64,000 nt of DNA from Gammaproteobacteria bacterium (lineage in GTDB: Bacteria > Pseudomonadota > Gammaproteobacteria > CAKMZV01), in assembly GCA_965277625.1 (NCBI GenBank), contig OZ255827.1, forward strand, positions 1,935,123-1,999,122. The letters run 5' to 3'. A program made the translations under genes and the position numbers. Shown here in pieces: positions 50,505 through 63,227 of this stretch. Positions within the stretch are counted from its first letter, which is position 1. Every line of letters starts with the position of its first letter. The notes under the pieces were generated by a model. It did no database searches. It was not told the origin of the DNA and was given only the letters and a program-made list of their open reading frames with translations.

Positions 50505-53500
50505 TTACTCAGCCATCGGTGAATCGATGGATTCACTGTTCTCATTAGGATTAATGGGCAAAGCTTCTTCAAACTCTTGCTGACCTAAGAGCATTTCTAT
50601 ATCATCATCTGATTCAAATTCAGGTTCAGCTTGATGATACCTCAAGCCGGTGCCCGAAGGAATAAGACGACCAACAATGACGTTTTCTTTCAGTCCTAAC
50701 AATTTATCTTTTTTACCATAAACCGCAGCGTCTGTTAACACCTTAGTGGTTTCTTGGAATGAGGCCGCAGAAATGAACGACTCCGTCGCCAAAGAGGCTT
50801 TGGTAATGCCTAATAAGATCCGTTCGTAAGTCACAGGACTCTTACCTTCGCTGTTAAGCGCATCATTGATTTCTAACAATCGGTTATATTCAACCTGTTC
50901 CCCTTGAACCAAGAAAGAATCACCTGCATCGGTCACTTCAACTTTGCGTAACATTTGTCTAATAATCACCTCAATGTGTAGATCATTAATTTTTACACCT
51001 TGAAGTCGATAAACGCTTTGGACCTCATTGATGAAATAGTTGGCCAATGACTCAACCCCACGCACTCTTAGAATATCGTGCGGATTGGGTGCACCATCCA
51101 CCAAAACATCGCCTTTGGTGACGCTCTCGCCATCAAACACATTGATTTGACGCCATTTCGGTATCAATATTTCGTGCGAGCTGTCTAAGTCTGTAATGAT
51201 TAAGCGGTATTTCCCTTTGGTTTCCTTGCCGAATGAAATTAACCCACTTTGCTCTGCCAAAACCGCAGGCTCTTTGGGAATACGCGCTTCAAATAAGTCA
51301 GCTACGCGAGGCAAACCACCTGTAATGTCCCTTGTTTTTAGGCTTTCTTGCGGTATCTTAGCAAGAATAGAACCCACACCAATTGTTTGACCATCTAAGA
51401 CATTGACCATGGCACCGCCTGGTAAAAAGTAATTAGCCGGTGTTTTTGTTCCAGTGAAGCAGACATCTTTGCCATTCTTATCGACCACTTTAATCATCGG
51501 CCGATTATCTTTTGCACCCGCATCAACCGCTTTATTGACAATAATCGTTGACAGCCCAGTGAGTTCATCAGTGGTTGTATCAACCGTTTGACCTTGAATA
51601 AAGTTAAAGAATTTAATGGTGCCCGAAACTTCGGTAATCATTGGATGGGTGTGTGGTTCCCACGTGGCAACAATATCGCCCGCTTTTACTTTGGCATTAT
51701 TTTTAACGGTGATTTGAGAACCATAGACTAATTTATAACGTTCCTTCTCCAATCCAGATTCATCTTTAATGGACATTTCACCTGAACGAGAAACAACCAA
51801 CTGCTTGCCTTCAGGGTTCTTAAGGAGTTTGACATTATGCAAAACCGCATGCCCTGTATTGTTGACGGCAATTTGGGTTTCGGCAGCAGCCCTTGAGGCC
51901 GCCCCACCAATGTGGAATGTCCTCATGGTTAACTGAGTGCCAGGCTCACCAATCGATTGGGCAGCAATGATGCCGACCGCTTCACCTATATTGACCAATT
52001 TACCTCGTGCGAGGTCGCGACCATAACTATGGCGCGATAATCCAAAGCGCGTGGTATCGGTTAAGGGAGAACGAACCTGAACAGAATCGATGCTGTTGGC
52101 TTCCAAAATATCGGTTTGTTTTTCATCCAACAAAGTGTTTTTATGAATTAACACTTCATTCTTTTTACCAGGCTTCATAATATCACGAGCCAAGACACGC
52201 CCTAATACGCGTTCTCTGATTTTTTCGACCACATCACCGCCTTCAACCAAAGCAGATTTGGCAATACCTGGATCCTCAGAATATTCTTCGCTCGACACCA
52301 CCACATCTTGAGCGACATCGACAAGACGACGAGTTAAGTAACCAGAGTTCGCTGTTTTAAGCGCTGTATCCGCCAGTCCTTTTCTCGCGCCATGCGTTGA
52401 TGTGAAGTACTGTAGTACGGTCAAACCTTCACGGAAGTTCGCTGTAATGGGGGTTTCAATGATAGAACCATTCGGTTTAGCCATCAACCCACGCATGCCC
52501 GCCAACTGACGCAACTGAGCCATAGACCCCCGCGCACCAGAATCAGCCATCATGTAAATAGAGTTAAACGAAGGCATTTGAACCGTCTTACCATTGCCAT
52601 CAACAACCGATTCATACTCAATGGTATCAATCATCGCTTTGGTTACTTTCTCATTGGTATGCGTCCAAACGTCAATCACTTTGTTATAGCGTTCACCTTC
52701 TGTGAGCAAACCGCCGTGGAATTGTTTTTCAATTTCTTTCACTTGACCGATGGCTTCATCAATGGCAGTTTTTTTCATGGTCGGTACAATCATGTCATCC
52801 ACACCAAACGAAATGCCCGAACGCGTTGAATACCTAAAGCCCATATACATAAGCTGGTCGGCAAGTATCACCGACTCCTTAGCGCCCAAAGAACGGAAAC
52901 TGGCATTCAATACGCCTGAAATATTCTTTTTAGTCATCGGTTTATCTAATAAATTAAAGGGCAGCCCTTTGGGAATGATTTCCCAAAGAAGCGCACGCCC
53001 AACCGTTGTTTTACGACGTTGAGTCGTTTCAATTTCTACGCCCTCTTCGTCTTTCAAACTTTCGGTTATTCTCACTTCTACTTTTGCGTGTAATTCCACA
53101 ATGCCTAATGAGTAAGCGCGTTCCACATCGGCGACTGAACTGAATGTCATTCCTTCGCCTTTGACCCCAATTTTTTCACGGGTCAGATAATACAGCCCCA
53201 ATACAACATCTTGCGAGGGCACAATAATCGGATCACCATTTGCGGGTGAAAGCAGGTTATTGGTTGACATCATCAACACCCGTGCTTCGGTTTGTGCTTC
53301 TATTGATAAGGGCACGTGAACCGCCATCTGATCGCCATCAAAATCGGCATTGTACGCCGCGCACACCAAGGGATGCAGTTGGATGGCTTTGCCTTCAATC
53401 AAAACGGGCTCAAATGCTTGAATGCCGAGTCTATGGAGTGTTGGCGCTCTGTTGAGCAGTACTGGGTGCTCACGAATGATTTCATCTAATGCATCCCAAA

Positions 53501-54734
53501 CACAGTCTTCGCGCGTTTCAACCATCTTCTTAGCCACTCGAATGGTCGCCGCTTGTTCTTTTCGGATCAATACGCTGAAAACAAAAGGTTTAAATAATTC
53601 CAAAGCCATGAGTTTGGGTAAGCCACATTCATGTAGCTTCAATTTGGGTCCGACCACAATCACCGAACGACCTGAATAGTCAACGCGTTTACCAAGCAAA
53701 TTCTGACGGAAACGTCCTTGCTTGCCTTTGATCATATCGGCCAGTGATTTTAAAGGACGTTTGTTACCGAGCACAGGGCGGCCTCTGCGGCCGTTGTCTA
53801 ATAAGGAATCCACAGACTCTTGTAGCATTCTTTTTTCATTGCGTACAATGATTTCAGGCGCACCCAAATCCAACAGTCGGCGCAATCGATTATTACGATT
53901 GATCACACGACGGTACAAATCATTTAAATCTGAAGTGGCAAAACGGCCACCTTCCAAAGAGACCAATGGTCTCAATTCTGGTGGTAGCACAGGTAAAACT
54001 TTCAAGATCATCCATTCAGGGCGATTGCCTGATTCAAGGAGTGCTTGCACCAAACGCAATCTTTTAGACAGTTTTTTCGAACGCGCTTCACTGCGACAGT
54101 TGACCAACTGTTCTTGTAGATCAACAATTTGTTCTTTTAAATCCATTTTCGACAACAACTCGTGAATGGCTTCGGCACCCATCAGTGCTCTGAATTCTTG
54201 GCCATATTTTTCACGGGCTTCAATCAGTTCTTCATCACGTAGAATCTGCATCATTTCAAAATCAGTTGAGCCTGGATCCGTCACCACGGACGCTTCGTAA
54301 TAGAGAATAATTTCAATTTCACGCAGTGTTTTATCTAATAACAATCCGATGCGCGATGGCAATGATTTTAAAAACCAAATATGGGCGACGGGTGCAGCCA
54401 GTTCAATGTGACCCATGCGGTCACGTCTGACCTTCATCTGAGTGATTTCAACGCCGCACTTCTCACAAAATACCCCGCGATTTTTAATGCCCTTGTATTT
54501 GCCACAAAGACATTCAAAATCTTTCATGGGGCCAAATATTTTGGCGCAGAAAAGACCATCCCGTTCAGGTTTAAAAGTCCGGTAATTGATGGTTTCAGGT
54601 TTTTTAACCTCACCATAAGACCAACCACGAGGCGGAGGCAATTTGATTTTATCGGGATCTGCCAATCCTATTCGAACCGTATCAAAATTTGAAAGCGTAT
54701 TTTGTTTTTTTATCAAATTCAACATTTCTTTCAT
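50505..54734 (-). CDS. rpoC: DNA-directed RNA polymerase subunit beta'
   Basis: 1409 aa. Zn-finger '[20 protein letters not shown]'; '[12 protein letters not shown]' catalytic Mg site. Confidence 0.98.
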   Translation of the reverse strand: MKEMLNLIKKQNTLSNFDTVRIGLADPDKIKLPPPRGWSYGEVKKPETINYRTFKPERDGLFCAKIFGPMKDFECLCGKYKGIKNRGVFCEKCGVEITQMKVRRDRMGHIELAAPVAHIWFLKSLPSRIGLLLDKTLREIEIILYYEASVVTDPGSTDFEMMQILRDEELIEAREKYGQEFRALMGAEAIHELLSKMDLKEQIVDLQEQLVNCRSEARSKKLSKRLRLVQALLESGNRPEWMILKVLPVLPPELRPLVSLEGGRFATSDLNDLYRRVINRNNRLRRLLDLGAPEIIVRNEKRMLQESVDSLLDNGRRGRPVLGNKRPLKSLADMIKGKQGRFRQNLLGKRVDYSGRSVIVVGPKLKLHECGLPKLMALELFKPFVFSVLIRKEQAATIRVAKKMVETREDCVWDALDEIIREHPVLLNRAPTLHRLGIQAFEPVLIEGKAIQLHPLVCAAYNADFDGDQMAVHVPLSIEAQTEARVLMMSTNNLLSPANGDPIIVPSQDVVLGLYYLTREKIGVKGEGMTFSSVADVERAYSLGIVELHAKVEVRITESLKDEEGVEIETTQRRKTTVGRALLWEIIPKGLPFNLLDKPMTKKNISGVLNASFRSLGAKESVILADQLMYMGFRYSTRSGISFGVDDMIVPTMKKTAIDEAIGQVKEIEKQFHGGLLTEGERYNKVIDVWTHTNEKVTKAMIDTIEYESVVDGNGKTVQMPSFNSIYMMADSGARGSMAQLRQLAGMRGLMAKPNGSIIETPITANFREGLTVLQYFTSTHGARKGLADTALKTANSGYLTRRLVDVAQDVVVSSEEYSEDPGIAKSALVEGGDVVEKIRERVLGRVLARDIMKPGKKNEVLIHKNTLLDEKQTDILEANSIDSVQVRSPLTDTTRFGLSRHSYGRDLARGKLVNIGEAVGIIAAQSIGEPGTQLTMRTFHIGGAASRAAAETQIAVNNTGHAVLHNVKLLKNPEGKQLVVSRSGEMSIKDESGLEKERYKLVYGSQITVKNNAKVKAGDIVATWEPHTHPMITEVSGTIKFFNFIQGQTVDTTTDELTGLSTIIVNKAVDAGAKDNRPMIKVVDKNGKDVCFTGTKTPANYFLPGGAMVNVLDGQTIGVGSILAKIPQESLKTRDITGGLPRVADLFEARIPKEPAVLAEQSGLISFGKETKGKYRLIITDLDSSHEILIPKWRQINVFDGESVTKGDVLVDGAPNPHDILRVRGVESLANYFINEVQSVYRLQGVKINDLHIEVIIRQMLRKVEVTDAGDSFLVQGEQVEYNRLLEINDALNSEGKSPVTYERILLGITKASLATESFISAASFQETTKVLTDAAVYGKKDKLLGLKENVIVGRLIPSGTGLRYHQAEPEFESDDDIEMLLGQQEFEEALPINPNENSESIDSPMAE

Positions 54735-54750
54735 TCTAATTCTCCTAAAA

Positions 54751-57700
54751 TTATTCCGATTCCATCTGAATGTCTATACCGAGTGCTTTGATCTCTTTTA
54801 GGAGAACACCAAGCGATTCAGGTATGCCAGAATGCATATTGTGATTGCCGTCAACAATATTCTTATAAATGTGGGTACGCCCTTGTAAATCGTCAGACTT
54901 GACCGTCAACATTTCTTGTAAAGTGTAAGCAGCGCCATACGCCTCTAATGCCCAAACTTCCATTTCACCAAATCTTTGGCCACCCGATTGCGCTTTACCG
55001 CCAAGAGGTTGTTGGGTGACTAAGCTGTACGGCCCTGTTGAGCGCGCGTGCATCTTGTCGTCAACCAAGTGATTGAGTTTGAGTACATACATATAGCCTA
55101 CGGTCACTTTACGATCAAAGGCTAAGCCGGTTTGACCATCATACAAAACCACTTGACCACTGGTGGGCACATTGGCTTTGGTCAGCAAGGCTTTTATTTC
55201 TGATTCCGCCGCACCATCAAAAACCGGTGTCGCAACGGGTAAGCCTTCTCGCAAATTCTGCGCCAATTCCATGACTTCGTCATCCGACATGGCGGCGACT
55301 TCTGCTGACTCAGCATCCTCTGAATAAATGTCTTTCAGATAGGTGCGCAATGTCTGAGCATTTTTATTGTCGCGTAGCATGTCATTGATTTGATTGCCAA
55401 TACCAGAAGCGGCCATTCCCAAATGGGTTTCTAAAATCTGACCCACGTTCATCCGCGAAGGAACACCTAAGGGATTCAGGACGATGTCCACGGGGGTGCC
55501 GTCAGAATCGTAAGGCATATCTTCAATGGGGCAAATGCGTGACACCACCCCTTTGTTGCCGTGACGACCAGCCATCTTGTCACCAGGTTGAATTTGACGC
55601 TTAACCGCAACCAAAACCTTGACTATTTTCAACGTTCCAGGTGAAAGTTCATCGCCTCGGGTGATTTTGGCGCGTTTAATCTTGTAACGTTCTTCCAACT
55701 CCATTTTTAAAGCGACCAATTGGCGTTGTGAACCCTCTAAGGAACGATTGATCTTATCCTCTTTGGTCTTCACTTTTAACAAGGCTTCATCAGACAAATC
55801 TGCTAAAACACTGGCCGTTAATTTTTTGCCTTTTTTATCGACCTTATTTAATAGCATTTCGCGTGAACGTACAATAATGTTACGTTGAACGATGGCAAAT
55901 TGATCGTCTAAATCTTTTTGGACTTTGGCCAATTCATTGCTTTCTATTTCCAAAGCACGTTGGTCTTTTTCAACCCCGTCGCGGGTAAAGATTTGTACAT
56001 CGATGACCGTGCCTTCCATACCCGATGGTACGCGTAAAGAGGTGTCTTTGAAATCAGAAGCTTTTTCACCAAAGATGGCGCGTAGCAGTTTCTCCTCAGG
56101 CGATAACTGAACTTCACCTTTTGGTGTAACACGCCCAACCAAAATATCACCGGCCTTTACTTCAGAACCAATCGTAACAATGCCAGACTCATCTAAGTTG
56201 GCAAATTGTGCATCGCCCACATTGGGAATATCCGCTGAAATTTCTTCATTACCTTGTTTGGTGCTTCGCGCTTGACAAGTTAATTCTTCAATATGTATGG
56301 AGGTGTAAGTGTCTTCTCGAACCACTTTTTCCGAAACCAAAATCGAGTCTTCAAAGTTATAGCCATTCCATGGCATAAAAGCGACGCGCATATTTTGACC
56401 CAAAGCCAGTTCGCCCAAATCGGTTGAAGAGCCATCCGCGATGACATCTTTTGCATTCAGCCTGTCTCCAGGTCGCACAATGGGGCGCTGGTTGACGCAG
56501 GTGTTTTGGTTAGAGCGTAAATATTTTTGTAAGTTATAAATATCTACCCCAACATCACCTTCGGTCAATTTTTCGACATCAGCTCGAACCACTACTCTGG
56601 AAGCGTCAACGCTTTCTACAATACCGCCTCTGCTTGCAACCACCACATTGCCCGAGTCAACGGCGACGCAACGTTCCATGCCTGTGCCAACCAAAGGCTT
56701 TCTGGCTCTAATGGTTGGGACGGCTTGACGTTGCATGTTTGAGCCCATTAAGGCACGGTTCGCATCGTCGTTTTCTAAGAAGGGGATGAGTGATGCAGCC
56801 ACTGAAACCAATTGCTTAGGCGAAACTTCAGCCAAGTCAAAACGGTCAGGGATACAAACCGTCGTCTCATTTTGATGACGACAGGGCAGTAAATCACCCA
56901 ATATTTTTCCAGATTTGTTGATTTCCACATTGGCTTGAGCAATATAATACTGCGCCTCGTCAATGGCAGAAACAAAGATAATATCTTCAGTGATGATGCC
57001 TTTTTTAACTTTAAAGAAAGGCGTTTCTAAAAATCCATAGTCATTGACTCGAGCATAGATTGCCAATGAATTCATAAGCCCAATGTTTGGACCCTCTGGC
57101 GTTTCAACGGGGCAAATACGACCATAGTGGGTAGGGTGTACATCGCGCACTTCAAAACCAGCACGATCACGGGTTAAGCCACCAGGGCCTAAAGCCGAAA
57201 TGCGTCGTTTATGGGTGATTTCTGCCAAGGGATTGACTTGATCCATAAATTGAGACAATTGCGATGAACCAAAAAATTCTTTTAAGGCGCCTGTAATGGG
57301 TTTTGGATTGACCAAGTCTTGTGGGTGCCAATCTTCAGATTCAGCCAAGCTCAATCTTTCTCTGACCACTCTATCAATGCGAGCCAAACCAGTTCTACAA
57401 GCATTTTCAGCCAATTCCCCGACGGCTTTAATGCGTCGGTTGGCTAAGGTGTCAATGTCATCAACTTGACTGCGGCCATTTTTGATATTGATCAATTCAC
57501 GAATCACATCCAAGATGTCTTCTTTCTCAAGCACGCCAGAGCCTTCGTCGGAACTTCTGTGTAATCTTCTATTGAGCTTCATTCGCCCAACGACGGTCAG
57601 ATCATAACGTTGTTCATCAAAAAACAAACTGTCGAACAAACGGTTTGAAGCATCTTCAGTGGGGGGTTCGCCAGGGCGAATCATGCGATAGATCTCTATT

Positions 57701-58815
57701 CGAGCTTCCAATGGCGTCAGCGTTGAATCAATTCTTAAAGTTTCGGACAAATAAGACCCATGCTCTAATTCATCCATGTAGAGGATGTCTAATTTACCAC
57801 TGCCTTTGTCTTTGAGCATGTCAACAATATCTTCGGTAATGACATCGTTGGCCTTAATCAAAACATTATTGTTGCTTTTTTCGACTACGTCATGCGCCAC
57901 CACTTTGCCAACGGCATATTGATAAGGGACATTCAAGCGTTTGACATTCGCTTCGGTCAATTTTTTGACGTGTCTTTTGTTGACGACTTGATCCGCTTCA
58001 ACGATGACTTTGTTGTCAATCTTAATGTCAAATACGGGTTTTAAACCCAACCACTCATTAGGTTCAAAAACAATTTGTAGGCTTCTTTTGGTAAAACGCA
58101 ATGTGTTTATTTTGAAAAAAGCTCTCAGAATGTCTTCATTGTCCATACCCATTGCTCTGAGCAGTACGGTCAGAGGGAATTTTCTATGGCGGTCAATGCG
58201 CGCATACAAAAAATCATTATGATCAAACTCAAAGTCTAACCAAGAACCTCTGTAGGGTATCACACGGGTTTGAAATAGAATTTTTTGTGAAGAGTGACTC
58301 TTGCCCTTATCGTGGGTGAATATGACACCGGGTGAGCGATGCAACTGAGAGACAACAACACGCTCTGTGCCGTTGACCACGAATGTACCATTGATAGTCA
58401 TCAATGGCACTTCACCCATGAACACTTCTTGTTCACGAATGTCTTTAACGATTTTGTTTTTTTCGGATGAGCGTTCTTTGTCGTAGAGCTTCAGTCTCAA
58501 GGTCACATAAATGGCCGATGCAAATGTCATACCACGTTGGCGACATTCATCTTCTGTATATTCAGGATCCTCTAAGCGATAGCTCAAGAACTCTAAATCT
58601 GCCGTACCCGCAACACCTTTAATAGGAAATATGGATTGGAAAGCGGCTTCTAAACCGTTCAATAAACGATCAGCAGGTAATACTTCGTTCTGTAAGAATT
58701 TTTCAAACGACATTTTCTGAAGCTGCAACAAATAGGGAATTTCCATATTTGTTGGAAGTTTGCCGTATGTTTTTCTTATGCGTTTTTTTTCAGTAAAAGA
58801 AAAAGACATTACCAC
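54751..58815 (-). CDS. rpoB: DNA-directed RNA polymerase subunit beta
   Basis: 1354 aa. Canonical RpoB throughout, including the rifampicin-cluster region '[34 protein letters not shown]'. Confidence 0.98.
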   Translation of the reverse strand: MVMSFSFTEKKRIRKTYGKLPTNMEIPYLLQLQKMSFEKFLQNEVLPADRLLNGLEAAFQSIFPIKGVAGTADLEFLSYRLEDPEYTEDECRQRGMTFASAIYVTLRLKLYDKERSSEKNKIVKDIREQEVFMGEVPLMTINGTFVVNGTERVVVSQLHRSPGVIFTHDKGKSHSSQKILFQTRVIPYRGSWLDFEFDHNDFLYARIDRHRKFPLTVLLRAMGMDNEDILRAFFKINTLRFTKRSLQIVFEPNEWLGLKPVFDIKIDNKVIVEADQVVNKRHVKKLTEANVKRLNVPYQYAVGKVVAHDVVEKSNNNVLIKANDVITEDIVDMLKDKGSGKLDILYMDELEHGSYLSETLRIDSTLTPLEARIEIYRMIRPGEPPTEDASNRLFDSLFFDEQRYDLTVVGRMKLNRRLHRSSDEGSGVLEKEDILDVIRELINIKNGRSQVDDIDTLANRRIKAVGELAENACRTGLARIDRVVRERLSLAESEDWHPQDLVNPKPITGALKEFFGSSQLSQFMDQVNPLAEITHKRRISALGPGGLTRDRAGFEVRDVHPTHYGRICPVETPEGPNIGLMNSLAIYARVNDYGFLETPFFKVKKGIITEDIIFVSAIDEAQYYIAQANVEINKSGKILGDLLPCRHQNETTVCIPDRFDLAEVSPKQLVSVAASLIPFLENDDANRALMGSNMQRQAVPTIRARKPLVGTGMERCVAVDSGNVVVASRGGIVESVDASRVVVRADVEKLTEGDVGVDIYNLQKYLRSNQNTCVNQRPIVRPGDRLNAKDVIADGSSTDLGELALGQNMRVAFMPWNGYNFEDSILVSEKVVREDTYTSIHIEELTCQARSTKQGNEEISADIPNVGDAQFANLDESGIVTIGSEVKAGDILVGRVTPKGEVQLSPEEKLLRAIFGEKASDFKDTSLRVPSGMEGTVIDVQIFTRDGVEKDQRALEIESNELAKVQKDLDDQFAIVQRNIIVRSREMLLNKVDKKGKKLTASVLADLSDEALLKVKTKEDKINRSLEGSQRQLVALKMELEERYKIKRAKITRGDELSPGTLKIVKVLVAVKRQIQPGDKMAGRHGNKGVVSRICPIEDMPYDSDGTPVDIVLNPLGVPSRMNVGQILETHLGMAASGIGNQINDMLRDNKNAQTLRTYLKDIYSEDAESAEVAAMSDDEVMELAQNLREGLPVATPVFDGAAESEIKALLTKANVPTSGQVVLYDGQTGLAFDRKVTVGYMYVLKLNHLVDDKMHARSTGPYSLVTQQPLGGKAQSGGQRFGEMEVWALEAYGAAYTLQEMLTVKSDDLQGRTHIYKNIVDGNHNMHSGIPESLGVLLKEIKALGIDIQMESE

Positions 58816-58931
58816 TGACCCCTCTAACTATATATAATTTACTCAGTACAAAATTTATGTACTTTAACCAGCCAACTGATCCTGAACCTTCCTGCTCAAA
58901 TAAATCAGAGAGCCAACCATTAAAATGCCAA

Positions 58932-58967
58932 AAATGGCCGATCATCCAAAAGCGTGATCGGCCATTT
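58932..58967 (-). terminator. rplL-rpoB intergenic attenuator hairpin
   Basis: Perfect 13-bp stem aaatggccgatca / tgatcggccattt with a 10-nt loop. A T-rich tract follows on the minus strand (ttttggcatttt). Its position matches the known partial terminator between rplL and rpoB. Confidence 0.6.
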
Positions 58968-58981
58968 GATAGGCAACTGAA

Positions 58982-59365
58982 TTATTTCAATTCAGCTTTT
59001 GCGCCAGCTTCAGTAAGCTGTTTAACAATGTCTTCGGCCGCTTCTTTTGAAACCGCTTCTTTGATGGTTGAAGGCGCGCCATCAACTTTGTCTTTGGCTT
59101 CTTTAAGGCCCAGACCTGTGACAGAACGAACCACTTTAATCACGCCAACTTTGGAAGCGCCGATTTCGCTCAACACTACGTCAAACTCAGTTTGTTCTTC
59201 AGCAGCTGCAGCTTCACCGCCACCGCCACCAGCAGCAGGTGCCACAGCAACCGCAGCGGCTGCGCTCACACCAAACTTTTCTTCCATCGCTGAAATTAAT
59301 TCAACCACTTCCATTACACTCATCTGTGCAATTGCTTCTAATAACTCGTCTTTTGTAATAGCCAT
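58982..59365 (-). CDS. rplL: 50S ribosomal protein L7/L12
   Basis: 127 aa. '[23 protein letters not shown]...' and a C-terminal '[11 protein letters not shown]...[11 protein letters not shown]'. Confidence 0.95.
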   Translation of the reverse strand: MAITKDELLEAIAQMSVMEVVELISAMEEKFGVSAAAAVAVAPAAGGGGGEAAAAEEQTEFDVVLSEIGASKVGVIKVVRSVTGLGLKEAKDKVDGAPSTIKEAVSKEAAEDIVKQLTEAGAKAELK

Positions 59366-59401
59366 TTTTAACTCCTAATAAGCTTATTGTTGCTGCTTAA
59401 A

Positions 59402-59929
59402 CTAAGCAGCGTCTTTTAATTGTCTAACTGCTTCAACTGTACGAACCAATTTGCTCGGAACCGCATTGAGGGTCTGAGCAAACTTCGTGACCGGTGCTTG
59501 CATCACTGCCATCAAAGTTGCTAATGCTTCTTCATACGTTGGTAGTGAAGCAACCGCACTCAATTGACTTGCTGGTAGCAAATCTCCACCAAGAGATATG
59601 CCAACCACCTTCAGTTGTTTATGCTCTTTGGCAAATTCCTTAAACACCTTTGCCGCATCTCCAGGTCCAGACTTGGAAAATCCAAGCAAAACCTGACCAG
59701 TTAGAGCCTCTGCAACAAGAGAAAATTGTGTGTCGGCAACGGCTTGACGAGCCAATGTGTTTTTAACCACACGTACTTCAACATCCGTTGTCCTTGCAAC
59801 ATTGCGCAATTGTGACAATTCACTCACTGTTAGACCTTGGTACTCAGCAATAACCATCGAAATGGATTCAGACACTTGTTCTGAAACCTGTTCAATAACC
59901 TGTTGCTTTTCTTTACGATTAAGTGCCAT
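59402..59929 (-). CDS. rplJ: 50S ribosomal protein L10
   Basis: 175 aa. 'MALNRKEKQQVIEQVSE...' typical L10. Confidence 0.9.
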   Translation of the reverse strand: MALNRKEKQQVIEQVSEQVSESISMVIAEYQGLTVSELSQLRNVARTTDVEVRVVKNTLARQAVADTQFSLVAEALTGQVLLGFSKSGPGDAAKVFKEFAKEHKQLKVVGISLGGDLLPASQLSAVASLPTYEEALATLMAVMQAPVTKFAQTLNAVPSKLVRTVEAVRQLKDAA

Positions 59930-60197
59930 GTTTTACTCCATAGCGGTTACTAAAGTCATGATTTAAGTTTTATCAATCATACCCAAATCATGCCATTTAC
60001 TTTATGCTCATCATTTTAAATACATAAAATGATAAACATCCCATCTGCGTAGGATCATTAAGTTGATCATTTAACTTTCATTAAACGAAAAAACACCTAC
60101 GGTCTTTGACGACTTAAGAAAAGCTCAAAGCTACCTTAGTCATCCATAAGCATCAAACAATGCTTATGATTTAGTCAAAATGACAAAAATTCTGTTG
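59930..60197 (-). promoter_or_regulatory. rplJ leader region (expected L10(L12)4 autoregulatory leader and rplJL promoter), including a 9-bp perfect hairpin at 60145..60168
   Basis: 268-nt untranslated spacer between rplA and rplJ, as in other bacteria where the L10 leader is here. Hairpin: cataagcat-caaaca-atgcttatg. Assigned by position only; the structure was not modelled. Confidence 0.4.
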
Positions 60198-60893
60198 TTA
60201 CGTTAGTTTTAAAGTAGTGTGGTCCACTCTTAACCCAGGACCCATGGTAGAAGATAGGGTAACCTTCTTCATATAAATACCTTTTGCTGCACTCGGTTTG
60301 ATTTTGTTCAGTGTCGTCAAAAGCGTTGCCAGATTTTCTGTTAAGGCCTCTGAGCTGAATGATAATTTTCCAATGGAAGAATGTATGATTCCCCCTTTAT
60401 CCACTCTAAAGCGTACTTGCCCAGCTTTGGCATTCTTAACAGCCGCGGCGATATCTGCAGTGACCGTTCCGACTTTGGGGTTGGGCATTAGGCCTTTAGG
60501 ACCCAAAACCTTACCCAATTTACCAACGGTTGCCATGGCATCTGGTGCAGCAATAAGCAAATCAAAATCTAATTGACCCGCCTTTATATCTTCGGCTAAG
60601 TCGTCAAAACCAACCACATCTGCCCCAGCACTCTTTGCATCTTCAGCAAGATCACCTTGGGCGAAAACGGCCACTCTGACGGTTTTTCCTGTGCCATTAG
60701 GCAAAACAGCTGCACCACGAATGACTTGATCTGATTTACGAGGATCAACGCCAAGATTGACTGCGACATCAACCGATTCATCGAATTTTTTGGCTGATAA
60801 TTCTTTTAACAAGGAAACCGCTTCTTCTAAAGCATAGGTTTTTTCAGCTTCAATCTTCTCGAGTACTAATTTTTTATGTTTTGAATGTGCCAT
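60198..60893 (-). CDS. rplA: 50S ribosomal protein L1
   Basis: 231 aa. Canonical L1. Confidence 0.95.
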   Translation of the reverse strand: MAHSKHKKLVLEKIEAEKTYALEEAVSLLKELSAKKFDESVDVAVNLGVDPRKSDQVIRGAAVLPNGTGKTVRVAVFAQGDLAEDAKSAGADVVGFDDLAEDIKAGQLDFDLLIAAPDAMATVGKLGKVLGPKGLMPNPKVGTVTADIAAAVKNAKAGQVRFRVDKGGIIHSSIGKLSFSSEALTENLATLLTTLNKIKPSAAKGIYMKKVTLSSTMGPGLRVDHTTLKLT

Positions 60894-60896
60894 CTT

Positions 60897-61325
60897 TTAA
60901 CCCTCAACCACTAAGCCCATGCTGACAGCTGTGCCGGCAATAATTTTTACCGCTGCTGCCATATCATTGGCATTTAAATCAGCCATTTTCATGGTTGCTA
61001 TTTCTTCTAACTGCGCTTGAGTCACAGTACCCACTTTATTTCTATTGGGCTCGCCTGAACCTTTGGCCACATTGGCAACTTTTTTAAGTAAAACCGCTGC
61101 TGGTGGCGTTTTGGTTACAAATTCAAAACTGCGATCTGTAAATGCGGTGATAACGACAGGAATAGGTAAATTCTTTTCCATGTCTTGGGTTTTTGCATTA
61201 AACGCTTTGCAAAAATCCATTATATTGAGCCCGTGCTGACCTAAAGCCGGACCAACAGGCGGACTTGGATTAGCACTCCCAGCGGGGACTTGCAGTTTAA
61301 TGTATGCTTTGACTTTCTTTGCCAT
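60897..61325 (-). CDS. rplK: 50S ribosomal protein L11
   Basis: 142 aa. '[36 protein letters not shown]'. Confidence 0.95.
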   Translation of the reverse strand: MAKKVKAYIKLQVPAGSANPSPPVGPALGQHGLNIMDFCKAFNAKTQDMEKNLPIPVVITAFTDRSFEFVTKTPPAAVLLKKVANVAKGSGEPNRNKVGTVTQAQLEEIATMKMADLNANDMAAAVKIIAGTAVSMGLVVEG

Positions 61326-61382
61326 AAATTTTCTCCTTATGAGTGCAAACGCGCATTTAAGCTCCTCATTAACTAATAATAT

Positions 61383-61916
61383 CTAACTTTTTTGTATCTG
61401 GTTAAATGCCAATTCAACGGATGTAGAACGTCCAAAAATCAATACGGAAACACTGACTCTGTTCTTGTTATAGTCAATGCTTTCAACCACAGCTTCAAAA
61501 TCGGTAAATGGTCCATCTGCGACTCGAACGACTTCGCCAGCTTCAAACATGACTTTGGGTTTGGGACTGTCAATTCCGGCTTTAACACGATCCATAATTG
61601 CATCCACTTCCGACTGCTTGATCGGCGTTGGACGATTAGAAGTGCCACCAATGAAACCAAGCACCTTAGGCACATTTTTAATCAAATGCCAAGTGTTGTC
61701 ATTCAATTCCATTTCTACCAAAATATAACCTGGGAAAAATTTACGTGTGGTTGTCCGACGTTGTTCGCCTCTGATTTCTATCACTTCTTCTGTTGGCACT
61801 AAGATCTCACCGAATTCTTGTCCCAAGCCTTTGGTCTCAATGTGTTCTTCCATTGAGCGAACCACTTGCTTCTCATAGCCAGAATAAGCATGAACCACAA
61901 ACCATTGTTTTGCCAT
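61383..61916 (-). CDS. nusG: Transcription termination/antitermination factor NusG
   Basis: 177 aa. 'WFVVHAYSGYEKQV' NGN domain; C-terminal KOW 'FEAGEVVRVADGPFTDFEAVV'. Confidence 0.95.
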   Translation of the reverse strand: MAKQWFVVHAYSGYEKQVVRSMEEHIETKGLGQEFGEILVPTEEVIEIRGEQRRTTTRKFFPGYILVEMELNDNTWHLIKNVPKVLGFIGGTSNRPTPIKQSEVDAIMDRVKAGIDSPKPKVMFEAGEVVRVADGPFTDFEAVVESIDYNKNRVSVSVLIFGRSTSVELAFNQIQKS

Positions 61917-61917
61917 A

Positions 61918-62289
61918 TTAACGCCTTGTAATAATTTCAGTTAGCCACAAAAACAAGGTGTCCAGTAACCATAAAAAGATGCCAATGAGAATGACCGCAA
62001 TGATCACAGTAATTGTTAATTGAATGACCTCAGGACGCGTTGGCCAAATCACTTTTCTAACTTCAGCCCGAGACTCTCCAACCATCATCAAAGAACGTTT
62101 ACCCAATGAAGTTTGATAGACAATGGCAATGCAGACGCCTGCCACTACAATAAGTGCCAAGGCGCGCCACAATGTGGCCACTTGAGATTCATAAGCGTAG
62201 AACCCGAAAACACCCGCACCTAAGATTGCTAATGCAATGAGTAGCAGGGCTTTATCGGTAAAACTTGATTGATTTGCTTGTTTATCCAT
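61918..62289 (-). CDS. secE: Protein translocase subunit SecE
   Basis: Start moved to 'MDKQANQ' so it no longer overlaps tRNA-Trp. Conserved 'EVRKVIWPTRPEV' SecE motif followed by the C-terminal TM. Confidence 0.85.
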   Translation of the reverse strand: MDKQANQSSFTDKALLLIALAILGAGVFGFYAYESQVATLWRALALIVVAGVCIAIVYQTSLGKRSLMMVGESRAEVRKVIWPTRPEVIQLTITVIIAVILIGIFLWLLDTLFLWLTEIITRR

Positions 62290-62307
62290 ATTTAATTTTA
62301 TAATTTT

Positions 62308-62384
62308 TGGCAGGGGTAGAGGGACTCGAACCCCCAACCTTCGGATTTGGAATCCGTCGCTCTACCAATTGGAGCTACACCCCT
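62308..62384 (-). tRNA. tRNA-Trp (anticodon CCA)
   Basis: Reverse complement: AGGGGTGTAGCTCCAATTGGTAGAGCGACGGATTCCAAATCCGAAGGTTGGGGGTTCGAGTCCCTCTACCCCTGCCA (77 nt). The anticodon loop is TTCCAAA. It sits upstream of secE-nusG, as is typical. Confidence 0.9.
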
Positions 62385-62536
62385 ATCACATAAGCTGAAT
62401 GACATAATCTGAATCAAGGCACAATACTTAAGCAGGCGCGGGATTATACCAGATTTTATTTTTTTTGCTTGTGTATTTTGGCTTAGGCGCGACACAATAG
62501 TCATGTGATGGTGACTGCTGCTCTACTCAAAACAAT

Positions 62537-63196
62537 TTATTTTTTATCTTTGTGCTCGTCAGTCTCATTTGTTTGAGCTGGATCTTCAGCAGATTCGGCT
62601 GTTTGTTCAGGCTCAACATCTTCTGCAGATTCGGTGACTGCTTCGGCCACAGTGTCCTCAACTGGCTCACTGGCTTGCTCAGTTTCAGCTTGCTCCGCAG
62701 AATCACTGACTTCCTCAACCACAGCGTCTTCGACCACGCTTTCTTCAACGGCTGTTGCAGCGACTGCTGCCTCTTTTTTCTCTAAACCTTTGGTTGAAGT
62801 CTCCGTTGAATCGTCCGCTGCTTGTTCCAGTTCAGATTCGTCTCTGTCAACCAGAGACACCCAAGCCATGAGCGCTGCATCTGAGCGTCTAAACCCAGCT
62901 TTCAATATTCTTAAATACCCACCCGAACGGTCTTTGGAACGAACACCGATTTCTTCAAACAGTTTTTTAACGGCTTCTTTGGAACGCAAGCGATCAAAAG
63001 CCAAACGTCTATTGGCCACAGTATCAACCTTAGCCAGAGTGACCATTGGCTCAAAAAACCGTCTGAGTTCTTTTGCTTTTGGTAATGTTGTTTGGATTTG
63101 CTCATGTTCAATCATAGAGCACATCATGTTACGAAACATAGCTTTACGGCTTGAAGCGTCTCGATTTAATTGACGTCCTGTATAACGATGGCGCAT
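62537..63196 (-). CDS. rplQ: 50S ribosomal protein L17 with ~95-aa acidic C-terminal extension
   Basis: The N-terminal ~125 aa are canonical L17 ('[24 protein letters not shown]...[20 protein letters not shown]'). They are followed by an E/A/V/S/D/T-rich low-complexity tail ending in KDKK. Confidence 0.85.
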   Translation of the reverse strand: MRHRYTGRQLNRDASSRKAMFRNMMCSMIEHEQIQTTLPKAKELRRFFEPMVTLAKVDTVANRRLAFDRLRSKEAVKKLFEEIGVRSKDRSGGYLRILKAGFRRSDAALMAWVSLVDRDESELEQAADDSTETSTKGLEKKEAAVAATAVEESVVEDAVVEEVSDSAEQAETEQASEPVEDTVAEAVTESAEDVEPEQTAESAEDPAQTNETDEHKDKK

Positions 63197-63227
63197 AATT
63201 TATCCTCTAAATGTAAGATTTATTTTG

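Noticed and set aside
50505-58815. Numerous 60-150 aa antisense/alternate-frame ORFs inside rpoB/rpoC (e.g. 53722..54165 +, 52578..52829 +)
   Set aside because: They are fully embedded in highly conserved RNAP genes on the opposite strand or frame, and have no RBS. These are statistical ORFs in long genes.
62298-62504. 68-aa ORF overlapping tRNA-Trp, and the N-terminal extension of secE in the ORF track (start 62337)
   Set aside because: Both overlap the tRNA-Trp gene on the same strand. The conserved SecE sequence begins at MDKQANQ (62289).
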